In this document: positions 11,628 to 19,718 of the stretch, piece by piece
How the letters are laid out: each line of letters opens with the position of its first letter
How positions within the stretch are numbered: the stretch's first letter is position 1
The notes under the pieces: model-generated
Database searches by the model: none
The model's input: only the letters and a program-made list of their open reading frames with translations
Told to the model about the DNA's origin: nothing
Origin: an uncultured Acidobacteriota bacterium
GTDB lineage: Bacteria > Acidobacteriota > Vicinamibacteria > Vicinamibacterales > 2-12-FULL-66-21
Length of the DNA: 64,000 nucleotides
Direction: 5' to 3'
Assembly: GCA_963847125.1 (NCBI GenBank)
Contig: CAWJYM010000004.1
Span: forward strand, 2,851,436 to 2,915,435
Translations under genes and position numbers: made by a program

Positions 11628-12436
11628 GAAACGCTGACCGCCCTGAAGGTGGATACCCTGGATTCAAGGGTTTGTCCGCGCTACGTTTGGCGCGCCTTCG
11701 GTTTCATTGGAACCGGTTTGCAAGACGCGACCCGCTGTGGGCGATTCTCACTGACCCGCACAAGAAGCACGGCGGCTGGGCCCTCGACGAGTTCTTCCAG
11801 ACCGGCGAGGACGAGGTCGCTCGGCTGACAGATCAATTGAAAGGGATCGGCGTCGGCCTTCCCACGGGCCGGGCCCTGGACTTTGGCTGCGGCATCGGCC
11901 GGGTGACGAGCGCGCTCGCCAAACGTTTCGACCAGGTCGTGGGCGTTGACGTCGCGCCGACGATGATTGACCTGGCGCGCAGGCAGAACGCCGACGGGAC
12001 CGGCTGCAGCTTCGTCCTCAACAACAGTCCCGATCTGAGGCAGTTCTCCGACCAGTCATTCGATTTCGTGTACAGCAAGTTGGTTCTGCAGCATATGCAC
12101 CCACAGCTCGCCAAGGGCTACCTTCGCGAACTGCTTCGAGTGCTCAGCCCCACGGGACTGTTCGTTTTTCAATTGCCGACGCCGACCGAGCACCCGGTTG
12201 TAGGCGGCCGACTCAAACGATCGGTTCCCATGCCGCTTGTCGCAATCTACCGAAGAATCAAGAAACTGGTTCTCTTCGGCGTTGAATTCCCCAAGATGGA
12301 GGTCCATGGAATGAGAAAGGACGAAGTCGCCCAGGTCGTTGAGGAGGAGTCGGGGAGTATCATCGACGTGTTGCCCGACCAGAGTCACGGCGACGAAAGC
12401 CGCGGCTTTCTCTACGTTGTCCGCAAGAGGTCATAG
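11624..12436 (+). CDS. Class I SAM-dependent methyltransferase
   Basis: Motif I LDFGCGIGRVT plus VVGVDVAPTMI. There is a 4-nt overlap with the upstream gene. Confidence 0.8.
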   Translation: MRNADRPEGGYPGFKGLSALRLARLRFHWNRFARRDPLWAILTDPHKKHGGWALDEFFQTGEDEVARLTDQLKGIGVGLPTGRALDFGCGIGRVTSALAKRFDQVVGVDVAPTMIDLARRQNADGTGCSFVLNNSPDLRQFSDQSFDFVYSKLVLQHMHPQLAKGYLRELLRVLSPTGLFVFQLPTPTEHPVVGGRLKRSVPMPLVAIYRRIKKLVLFGVEFPKMEVHGMRKDEVAQVVEEESGSIIDVLPDQSHGDESRGFLYVVRKRS

Positions 12437-12523
12437 GTTCGCTTCAGGTAGAACTCGCGGACGTTCGTCCGCATCGGCCGCTCCGCCCGCACCGGCGTCT
12501 AATCCACTGAGCATGAGGCTATA

Positions 12524-15040
12524 ATGCCCAGCAATGCGATGCGCGGGATGCAACGGCTGTTCCCCATCGTGTGCTGCCTGACCGGCATCGCGCCGTCGGC
12601 CGCCCAGTCTGTCCCATCAACCGTCCCACCGTTGTCGTTGCGCGCCGCGGATCGCGCGCTCGCGCACGGCCAGCCGGCAGAGGCGGAGGCCATCGCCAAA
12701 GCGATGCCGGCCGACGACCCGGCGGTCGCCGTCATCCGCGCGCGGATCGCTCTCAGGTCGGGCAAGCTCGACGACGCGGAACGGCTCCTCGCGCCCGTGG
12801 CGGAGGCCGACCCCGCCGGCGAGGCCGCGCTGGAGCTGGGACTGCTCGAGATCGCGCGGGGCCGCCGGCAGGCGGCGGTCGCGCGGCTGATGGCGGTGTT
12901 CGACGCCGGCGCGCGGGGTGATCCGGACGGCGTCGCCCGAGCGGCGCGCGCGACGCGCGCGCTCGGAGACTTTCGACAGGCGAACGCGTTCTACCGTCGG
13001 GCCGCCGCGCTCGGCGACGATCCCGCCGTCGATACCGGCTGGGGGACGCTCTTCCTCGAAAAGTACAACCGCACGGATGCGGCGCGATCCTTCCGCGAGG
13101 CGCTCGCGCTCGACGCCGATTGGGCCCCCGCGCGTGTCGGTCTGGCGCGCGCGCTCACAGAGACCAACCCCAAGGCGGCAGACGAGGAAATCGAGCGTGC
13201 GCTCAAGATCGACCCGCGGCTCGTCGACGCACACCTCTTCGTCGCCGAGCGGGAGCTGGACGAAGGGCGACCTGAAGCGGCTCGGCAGGCGATCGACCGC
13301 GCGCTCGAGATCGATCAGTGGAATCTGCCGGCGCGCGCGCTCGTCGCGGCGATGGCACACCTCGACGGCCGGACCGCGGACTTCGATGCCGAGGTCGCGC
13401 GCGCGTTCGCGATCAATCCGAAGTATGGAGAGATTTTCCGGGTCGCCGGCGACCACGCCGCGCGGCACTACCGCTTCGACGAGGCGGTCGCGCTCGCCCG
13501 CAAGGCGACGGCGCTCGATCCGGACAACAGCCGCGCGCACGCCGACCTCGGCATGCACCTCCTCCGCACGGGCGACGAAGAAGGCGCGCGCAACGCGCTC
13601 GAGCGCTCGTTCCGCGCCGACCCCTACGACGTCATCACCTACAATCTGCTCAGCCTGCTCGACACGCTCGAATCGTTCGTCACGGTCGAAGCCAACAACA
13701 TCCGCCTCCGCCTTCACCCGGACGAGGCGCCGATCCTGCGCGAGTATGCGGTGCCGCTCGCCGAGCGCGCGCTGGCGACGTTGTCGAAGACGTACGGGTT
13801 CTCGCCGCGCGGCCCCGTGCTCATCGAGATCTTTCCGCGGCACGACGACTTCGCCGTGCGGAACGCCGGGCTGCCGGGGATGATCGGCGCGCTCGGCGCG
13901 TGCTTCGGCCGCGTGGTGACGATGGACTCGCCGAAGGCGCGGCCCCCCGGCACCTTCAACTGGCAGGCGACGCTCTGGCACGAGCTGGCGCACGTCATCA
14001 CCCTCCAGCTCTCGAACCAGCGCGTGCCGCGCTGGCTGACCGAGGGCATTTCGGTCTACGAGGAAGGCCGCGCCCGCCCCGAGTGGGGCCGCGACATGGA
14101 GATTCCGTTCGCGCGCGCGCTCGACAAGGGGGAGGTGCTCAAGCTCCGGGATCTGAACGCCGGGTTTACCCGTCCCGACACGATCGCGCTGGCGTATTTC
14201 GAGGCATCCCTCCTCGTCGCGCACATTGCCGGCAAGCACGGCGACGCCGGGCTGGTCCGCCTGCTCCGCGCCTATGGCGACGGACTCGACGACGCGGCCG
14301 CGCTGTCCAAGGCGTTGAACGAGACGATCGACAGCCTGCAGACGTCGTTCTCGCGCGTCATCGACGAGCGCTTCACTCCGATCGCGGTGGCGCTCCGCGA
14401 GCCCGCCGGCTTCGTGCCAGGCGGCGACGCGGAGGCGATGCGCGCCGCCGCGAGCGAACATCCGGGCAGCTATCCGGTTCAACTCGCGTACGGCCGCGCG
14501 TTGATTGCCGGCCAGAAGCCGGCTGAGGCGATCGCGCCTCTCGAGCGCGCCGTGTCACTCGTGCCGATGGCGACCGGCGTCGAGGGCGCCCGATTTCAGC
14601 TCGCCGAAGCGGCGGAAGCCTCCGGCGATCGCGCGCGCGCGATCGCGGAGCTCGAGGCGCTCCTGGCGCACGACCATACCGACGTCGAGGTGCCGCGGAA
14701 GCTGCTGACGCTGGCCGAAGCGACACGCGACGAACCTCGTCTCGCGCTCGCGAGCGAGCGCGTGGCGATGCTCGATCCGTTCGACGCGGCGCCGCATCGC
14801 GTGCTCGGGCGTCTCGCGTTCGATCGGAAGGATGCCGACGGGGCGGTGCGCGAGTTCCGAGCCGCGCTGGCGGCCGGGCCGGTCGATCGCGCCGGCGCCC
14901 ACTGCGATCTCGGCGAGAGCTATTTCCTCGCCGGCAAGCCGGGCGAGGCGAAACGCGAGGCGCTTCTGGCGCTCGAAATCGCGCCGACGTTCGAGCGGGC
15001 ACAGGACTTGCTGCTGAAAACTGTTGAGGTACGGCGATGA
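12524..15040 (+). CDS. Secreted TPR-repeat protein with embedded gluzincin (peptidase MA-like) domain
   Basis: 838 aa with a signal-like N-terminus and TPR-like Ala/Leu/Arg repeats on both sides of WHELAHV....TEGISVYEE (HExxH plus downstream Glu). The start could also be ATG 12539 or 12548. Confidence 0.75.
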   Translation: MPSNAMRGMQRLFPIVCCLTGIAPSAAQSVPSTVPPLSLRAADRALAHGQPAEAEAIAKAMPADDPAVAVIRARIALRSGKLDDAERLLAPVAEADPAGEAALELGLLEIARGRRQAAVARLMAVFDAGARGDPDGVARAARATRALGDFRQANAFYRRAAALGDDPAVDTGWGTLFLEKYNRTDAARSFREALALDADWAPARVGLARALTETNPKAADEEIERALKIDPRLVDAHLFVAERELDEGRPEAARQAIDRALEIDQWNLPARALVAAMAHLDGRTADFDAEVARAFAINPKYGEIFRVAGDHAARHYRFDEAVALARKATALDPDNSRAHADLGMHLLRTGDEEGARNALERSFRADPYDVITYNLLSLLDTLESFVTVEANNIRLRLHPDEAPILREYAVPLAERALATLSKTYGFSPRGPVLIEIFPRHDDFAVRNAGLPGMIGALGACFGRVVTMDSPKARPPGTFNWQATLWHELAHVITLQLSNQRVPRWLTEGISVYEEGRARPEWGRDMEIPFARALDKGEVLKLRDLNAGFTRPDTIALAYFEASLLVAHIAGKHGDAGLVRLLRAYGDGLDDAAALSKALNETIDSLQTSFSRVIDERFTPIAVALREPAGFVPGGDAEAMRAAASEHPGSYPVQLAYGRALIAGQKPAEAIAPLERAVSLVPMATGVEGARFQLAEAAEASGDRARAIAELEALLAHDHTDVEVPRKLLTLAEATRDEPRLALASERVAMLDPFDAAPHRVLGRLAFDRKDADGAVREFRAALAAGPVDRAGAHCDLGESYFLAGKPGEAKREALLALEIAPTFERAQDLLLKTVEVRR

Positions 15041-15846
15041 GCCACCACCGATTTCGCGGATCACGTAGCCACGGATTCCGCGGATTGCACGGATTGGTCT
15101 GCGCCGCGCTGGCGCTGGTGGTTGGGGCCTCGGACGCTTCTGAGACCCCGCAGTCCCAGGAGCGGTTTGCCGGCCTGCAGTGGACCTTCGCGCGGATCAA
15201 ATACGAAGCGCACACGCTGCCGAGGTTCCGCGGCGGTCCCTACGACGAGCCGTGGTCGATCGACTACGACGCCGCCGAGTTGAATCTGTCGCGGCGACTA
15301 CGCACGGTCACGGCCATCCAAGTCGGCGACCCCGTGGTCGTGACGATCGAAGATCCGCAGCTGTGGAGCTATCCGTGGTTGTACGTCGTCGAACCGGGCA
15401 ATATGCGGCTGAAGGAAGCTGAGGTCAAGATCCTCCGCGACTTCCTCCTGCGAGGAGGTACGCTGACCTTCGACGACTTTCACGGTCCGGTCGAGTGGGC
15501 CAACCTGGAGCGCGAGATGAAGCGGGTGTTTCCGAACCGGCCCATCATCGATTTGCCGCCGGACCATCCCGTCTACAACTGTTTCTACAAGATCGATCGG
15601 TACCCGCAAACGCCCGGCCTCGGCTCGTTCCTGATGGGACGCACCTGGGAGAAGGGGGGCTTCGTCGCTCGGCTGCGCGCGATCGAGGACGACACGGGCC
15701 GGGCGATGGTGCTGATCAACTGGAATACCGACATGGGGGACGGCTGGGAGTGGTCGAACGTCGCCGAGTACCCGGGCTACATCAAGTACACGGCCGACGC
15801 GTATCGGATGCAGATTAATGAGATCATCTACTCACTGACGCATTAG
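15037..15846 (+). CDS. DUF4159-family protein
   Basis: 269 aa. WSYPWLYVVEPG...LRDFLLRGGTLTFDDFHG resembles DUF4159 proteins that precede MoxR operons. The first ~50 nt are the repeat at 15046-15097 with low GC3, so the true start may be TTG 15085 or 15094. Confidence 0.7.
   Translation: MSHHRFRGSRSHGFRGLHGLVCAALALVVGASDASETPQSQERFAGLQWTFARIKYEAHTLPRFRGGPYDEPWSIDYDAAELNLSRRLRTVTAIQVGDPVVVTIEDPQLWSYPWLYVVEPGNMRLKEAEVKILRDFLLRGGTLTFDDFHGPVEWANLEREMKRVFPNRPIIDLPPDHPVYNCFYKIDRYPQTPGLGSFLMGRTWEKGGFVARLRAIEDDTGRAMVLINWNTDMGDGWEWSNVAEYPGYIKYTADAYRMQINEIIYSLTH
15046..15097 (+). repeat. Dispersed GGAT-rich repeat family B, copy 1 (CACCGATTTCGCGGATCACG..CCACGGATT..GCGGATT..CACGGATT)
   Basis: Near-identical to 32299-32333 (20 of 21 in the first block by eye). 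Both begin within a few nt after an upstream stop codon, in the same orientation. Confidence 0.75.
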
Positions 15847-15933
15847 CAGCCTGAAGGGCTGCGCTACGGGTGCGAAACAAACGCGCTACGGGTGCCAAAC
15901 AGAGGATTGTGTAGCGCAGCCCTTTAGGGCTGC
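15846..15933. repeat. Composite REP/BIME-like element: hairpin unit, tandem GCGCTACGGGTGC(N)AAACA x2, then an inverted hairpin unit
   Basis: 15846-15867 is gcagcctgaagggctgcgctac. 15861-15873 and 15883-15895 are direct repeats. 15911-15933 is gtagcgcagccctttagggctgc. Confidence 0.8.
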
Positions 15934-15944
15934 CGGGAGATTCG

Positions 15945-16955
15945 ATGGACCAGGTATCGGGGGTGGCGACGGCCGACCGCGTCGCGGAAGGACGCGAGCG
16001 GATCCTGGCGGAGCTGCGCAAGGTCGTCGTCGGCCAGGACGAGGTCATTGAGCAGGTGTTGACGGCGCTCTTTACGGGCGGTCATCTCCTGCTGACCGGC
16101 GTTCCGGGTCTCGCGAAGACGCTCCTCATCAAGACGCTCGCCGAGATCCTCGATCTCAGCTTCAAGCGGATCCAGTTCACGCCCGATCTCATGCCGGCGG
16201 ACATCACGGGCACCGAGATCCTCGACGAGGAGGGGGGCCACCGCGCGCTGCGCTTCGTCAAGGGGCCGATCTTCGCGCAGATCATTCTCGCCGACGAGAT
16301 CAACCGCACGCCGCCGAAGACGCAGGCGGCGTTGCTCGAGGCGATGCAGGAGTACCACGTCACGGCCGCGGGCCGGACCTATCCGCTGGAGCGGCCGTTC
16401 TTCGTGCTCGCGACGCAGAACCCGGTCGAGCTGGAAGGTACGTATCCGCTGCCGGAGGCGCAACTCGATCGCTTCATGTTCAACGTCGTGATGACCTATC
16501 TGTCGGAAGACGACGAGGTCCAGGTCGTCACCGAGACGACGGGTGTGGAAACGCCGGCGCCGGCGCGGGTCCTCAGCGGCAGCGACATCATGGAATTCCA
16601 GCGGCTGGTGCGGCAGGTCGTCGTCGCCGACGAGGTCGCCCGCTACGCCGTGCGTCTCTCGTCCGCGTCCCGGCCCGGCGAGGGCGCGCCCGAGTTCGTG
16701 AACAAGTGGGTGAAGTGGGGGGCCGGCCTGCGCGCGTCGCAGGCGCTCATCCTCGGCAGCAAGGCGCGGGCATTGATGAAGGGCCGCTTTCACGTCTCCG
16801 TGCAGGACATCCGTGCGCTTTCGCATCCGATCCTGCGCCATCGCATCATCCCGAACTTCTACGCTGAGTCCGAGCGCGTGGATTCTGACAAGATCACCGA
16901 TATGCTCCTCGAGCTCGTGCCGCCGCCCAAGAGCGGCCTGGCGGTCGGCGGGTGA
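15945..16955 (+). CDS. MoxR-family AAA+ ATPase
   Basis: 336 aa. Walker A LLTGVPGLAKT, Walker B ILADEINR, ATQNP sensor region. Confidence 0.95.
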   Translation: MDQVSGVATADRVAEGRERILAELRKVVVGQDEVIEQVLTALFTGGHLLLTGVPGLAKTLLIKTLAEILDLSFKRIQFTPDLMPADITGTEILDEEGGHRALRFVKGPIFAQIILADEINRTPPKTQAALLEAMQEYHVTAAGRTYPLERPFFVLATQNPVELEGTYPLPEAQLDRFMFNVVMTYLSEDDEVQVVTETTGVETPAPARVLSGSDIMEFQRLVRQVVVADEVARYAVRLSSASRPGEGAPEFVNKWVKWGAGLRASQALILGSKARALMKGRFHVSVQDIRALSHPILRHRIIPNFYAESERVDSDKITDMLLELVPPPKSGLAVGG

Positions 16956-17854
16956 CCGCCGCGGCCGGGCTCCGCTATCTCGACCCCGCCGTCATCGCGC
17001 GGCTCGGGACGATGGAGTTGCGGGCGCGGACGATCGTCGAGGGCTTCCTCTCCGGCCTGCACAGAAGCCCTTACAAAGGCTTCAGCGTCGAGTTCGCCGA
17101 ATACCGCCAGTACCTTCCGGGCGACGATCTTTCCACGCTCGACTGGAAGGTCTACGCGCGAAGCGATCGCTTCTACGTCAAGAAGTTCGAAGAAGAGACG
17201 AACGTCGACTGCCACATCCTCCTCGACACCAGCGGGTCGATGGGATACGCGTCGAAGGGGGCGGTCACCAAGCTTGCGTACGGATCGTTTCTCGCGGGCG
17301 CGCTGGCCTACCTCATGAACCGTCAGCGGGATGCCGTGGGCTTCATCGCGTTCGACGTCCGGATCATAGAACGGCTTCCCGCGAGCGCGCGACCCGGACA
17401 CCTGCGGGCAGTGCTGCTCGCGCTCGATCGGCTCACCCTCGGGCGGCAGTCCGACGTGTCGCGGCCGCTGCATCAGCTCGCCGACACCATCCTGAAGCGA
17501 AGCATGGCGGTGCTCATCTCGGACCTGCTCGACGAGCCGGAAACGGTCATCCGCGGGCTGAAGCATCTGCGGTTCCGCGGCACCGACGTCATCGTCTTTC
17601 ATGTGCTCGACCGTGACGAGCTGACGTTTCCGTTCGATCGCGCGACGAGGTTCCGCGACCTCGAATCAGAAGCGGAGGTGCTCGCGGTGCCGGCGGTCGT
17701 GCGGGACGATTACCTGAAGGCGGTTCAGGATCTCTGCGCCGTGTACGAACGCGAGCTGCGGCTTGCAGGGATCGACTACGTGCGGCTCGACACGTCCGAG
17801 CCGCTGGATTTCGCGCTCGCGTCGTATCTGTCGTCGCGCGCAAGGCGATTGTGA
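16952..17854 (+). CDS. DUF58 protein (vWA-like, MoxR partner)
   Basis: 300 aa. LDWKVYARSDRFYVKKFEEE and MIDAS-like LLDTSGSMGY. There is a 4-nt overlap with moxR. Confidence 0.9.
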   Translation: MTAAAGLRYLDPAVIARLGTMELRARTIVEGFLSGLHRSPYKGFSVEFAEYRQYLPGDDLSTLDWKVYARSDRFYVKKFEEETNVDCHILLDTSGSMGYASKGAVTKLAYGSFLAGALAYLMNRQRDAVGFIAFDVRIIERLPASARPGHLRAVLLALDRLTLGRQSDVSRPLHQLADTILKRSMAVLISDLLDEPETVIRGLKHLRFRGTDVIVFHVLDRDELTFPFDRATRFRDLESEAEVLAVPAVVRDDYLKAVQDLCAVYERELRLAGIDYVRLDTSEPLDFALASYLSSRARRL

Positions 17855-17867
17855 CCGGGTTCCTGGA

Positions 17868-19718
17868 ATGTTGTCCTTTCTGTACCCCGCGTTTCTGTTA
17901 GGCGCCCTGGCGGCGGCAGTGCCGATCGTCCTGCACTTGATCAGGCGGGAAGCGGCGCCGGAGGTCCGCTTCAGCGCCGTCCGCCTGTTGCGGCGCGCGC
18001 CAACGGAACAGTCTCGCTGGCAGCGGCTCCGCGAATGGCTGCTGCTGGCCGCGCGGGTGGCCGCGGTTCTGCTTCTCGCGCTGGCGTTCGCCCGGCCGTA
18101 TCTCGCGGCGCAGGCAGGGCCAGGGTCCACCGTGACGATCGTCGCGGTGGACACGTCGCTCAGCATGGGCGCGCCAGGCCGCTTCGATCGCGCCCGCGCG
18201 CTCGCGCGAACCGCCGTCGAAGAAGCGCCAGCCGGCTCGTTCGTCGGCCTGCTCAGCTTCGACGATCGTCCGGCGCTGATCGTGGAGCCGATCGCCGAGC
18301 GCGGCACGGTCCTCGCGGCGATCGACGCGCTGCGTCCCGGATACGGCGCGACGCGCTACGGCCCGGCGCTCGCGCGCGCGCAGGACGCGATCCCGGGATC
18401 AGGACGGGTGGTCGTCATCACGGATCTCCAACGCGCCGGGTGGGACAACGCGGAGCGGCCACCGCTGACGGCCGGAGTCGAGGTGCGGGTGGTGGATGCG
18501 GGGGCCGACCGCACGGAGAACCTCGCGGTCGTCGGGGTTCAGCGTTCGCAGGCCGGGGTGATTGCCGTTTTACGCAATACGGGGCCGCGCGAGCGAGAGA
18601 CTCGCGTCCGGTTGTCCGCGGACCGTCGCGATGTGGCGGCCTCCCGGGTGCGCGTGCCCGCCGGCGCAACGATTGATGCGGCCTTCCCCCTGCCGGCCGG
18701 GGCCGCCGCGCTGGCCGTAACAATAGAAGATGCAGGCGGATGGCCCGGCGACGACGTGCGGCACCTGGTCACGGGAATGAGACAGGGCCCCCGCGTCATC
18801 GCAGTAACCGAACGGGCCGGTCAGGGTTTACTCTACTTACAGCGGGCTTTGGCGGCCGCTCCCGACGATTCGCGGTTTCGCGTCGAGAACGTTACCGGCA
18901 CCGGGCTGAGCCGGGCGCTCGAGTCGGGTGACCCGACCGCCGCGGTCGTCGTGGCGAGCGGGCGCGGGTTCGAGCGATCCACCCGCGAGTCGCTGGAGCG
19001 ATACGTTCGAGCGGGCGGAGGGCTTGTCGTTCTCGCCGGGCCGTCAATCGACCCCGAGGCGGCCGCGGCAATAACCGGTTTGGACCGCACGCCGCGCGCG
19101 CGCGGCGGAGAGGGGGACGTCAGGCTCGCGCCGGTCGACACGCGGCATCCGGTGTTTCACGCGTTCGGGCCGGCCGCGGCGGCGCTCGGGGGCGTACGGT
19201 TCACGCGGACCTGGGAGCTCGACGACGAGGGCTGGGACGTCATCGCGCGGTTCACGGACGGGCGCGCCGCGCTCGTCGAGCGGCGGATTGAAGGAGGGCG
19301 GGTGCTGCTGTTCGCATCGGACCTCGACCTTGCGTGGAACGATCTCCCGTTGCACCCGGCCTTCGTGCCGTTCGTGCACGAGACACTTCGCTACGCCGCG
19401 CAGGTCAGGACCGCGCCACTCGAGCTCTTCGTGGCCGACGCGCCGGCCGGCGCGCCCCGCGCGCCCGGCATCGCGGCGCTGGCCGGCGGGCGAACGGTCG
19501 CCGTGAACGTCGATCCGCGGGAGTCGGATCCCGCGCGGATGGATCCGGGAGCGTTCGGGGCTGGCCTCGGCGCGCAGCGGGCATCGAGCGCAGCCGATCG
19601 TGGAGCGGACGTTCGCGAACGGGAGGCGTCGCAGCGGTACTGGCGCTACGGGCTGATGGTGATGCTCGTTGCGCTCGTCTGTGAAGGACTGCTGGCGGGA
19701 GGGTACCGGTTTGCCTGA
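17868..19718 (+). CDS. BatA-like protein: N-terminal double-TM domain plus vWA domain plus C-terminal TM
   Basis: MLSFLYPAFLLGALAAAVPIVLHLIRR (aerotolerance-regulator N-terminal type) and MIDAS VAVDTSLSMG. Start re-called from 17763 to ATG 17868. Confidence 0.85.
   Translation: MLSFLYPAFLLGALAAAVPIVLHLIRREAAPEVRFSAVRLLRRAPTEQSRWQRLREWLLLAARVAAVLLLALAFARPYLAAQAGPGSTVTIVAVDTSLSMGAPGRFDRARALARTAVEEAPAGSFVGLLSFDDRPALIVEPIAERGTVLAAIDALRPGYGATRYGPALARAQDAIPGSGRVVVITDLQRAGWDNAERPPLTAGVEVRVVDAGADRTENLAVVGVQRSQAGVIAVLRNTGPRERETRVRLSADRRDVAASRVRVPAGATIDAAFPLPAGAAALAVTIEDAGGWPGDDVRHLVTGMRQGPRVIAVTERAGQGLLYLQRALAAAPDDSRFRVENVTGTGLSRALESGDPTAAVVVASGRGFERSTRESLERYVRAGGGLVVLAGPSIDPEAAAAITGLDRTPRARGGEGDVRLAPVDTRHPVFHAFGPAAAALGGVRFTRTWELDDEGWDVIARFTDGRAALVERRIEGGRVLLFASDLDLAWNDLPLHPAFVPFVHETLRYAAQVRTAPLELFVADAPAGAPRAPGIAALAGGRTVAVNVDPRESDPARMDPGAFGAGLGAQRASSAADRGADVREREASQRYWRYGLMVMLVALVCEGLLAGGYRFA

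Noticed and set aside
12617-14482. 621-aa ORF on the - strand (and the 321/402-aa + strand alternates at 12918 and 13318)
   Set aside because: These are shadow or alternative frames of the TPR-gluzincin gene. They have an extreme Arg/Glu or Arg/Ser bias and no domain signatures.
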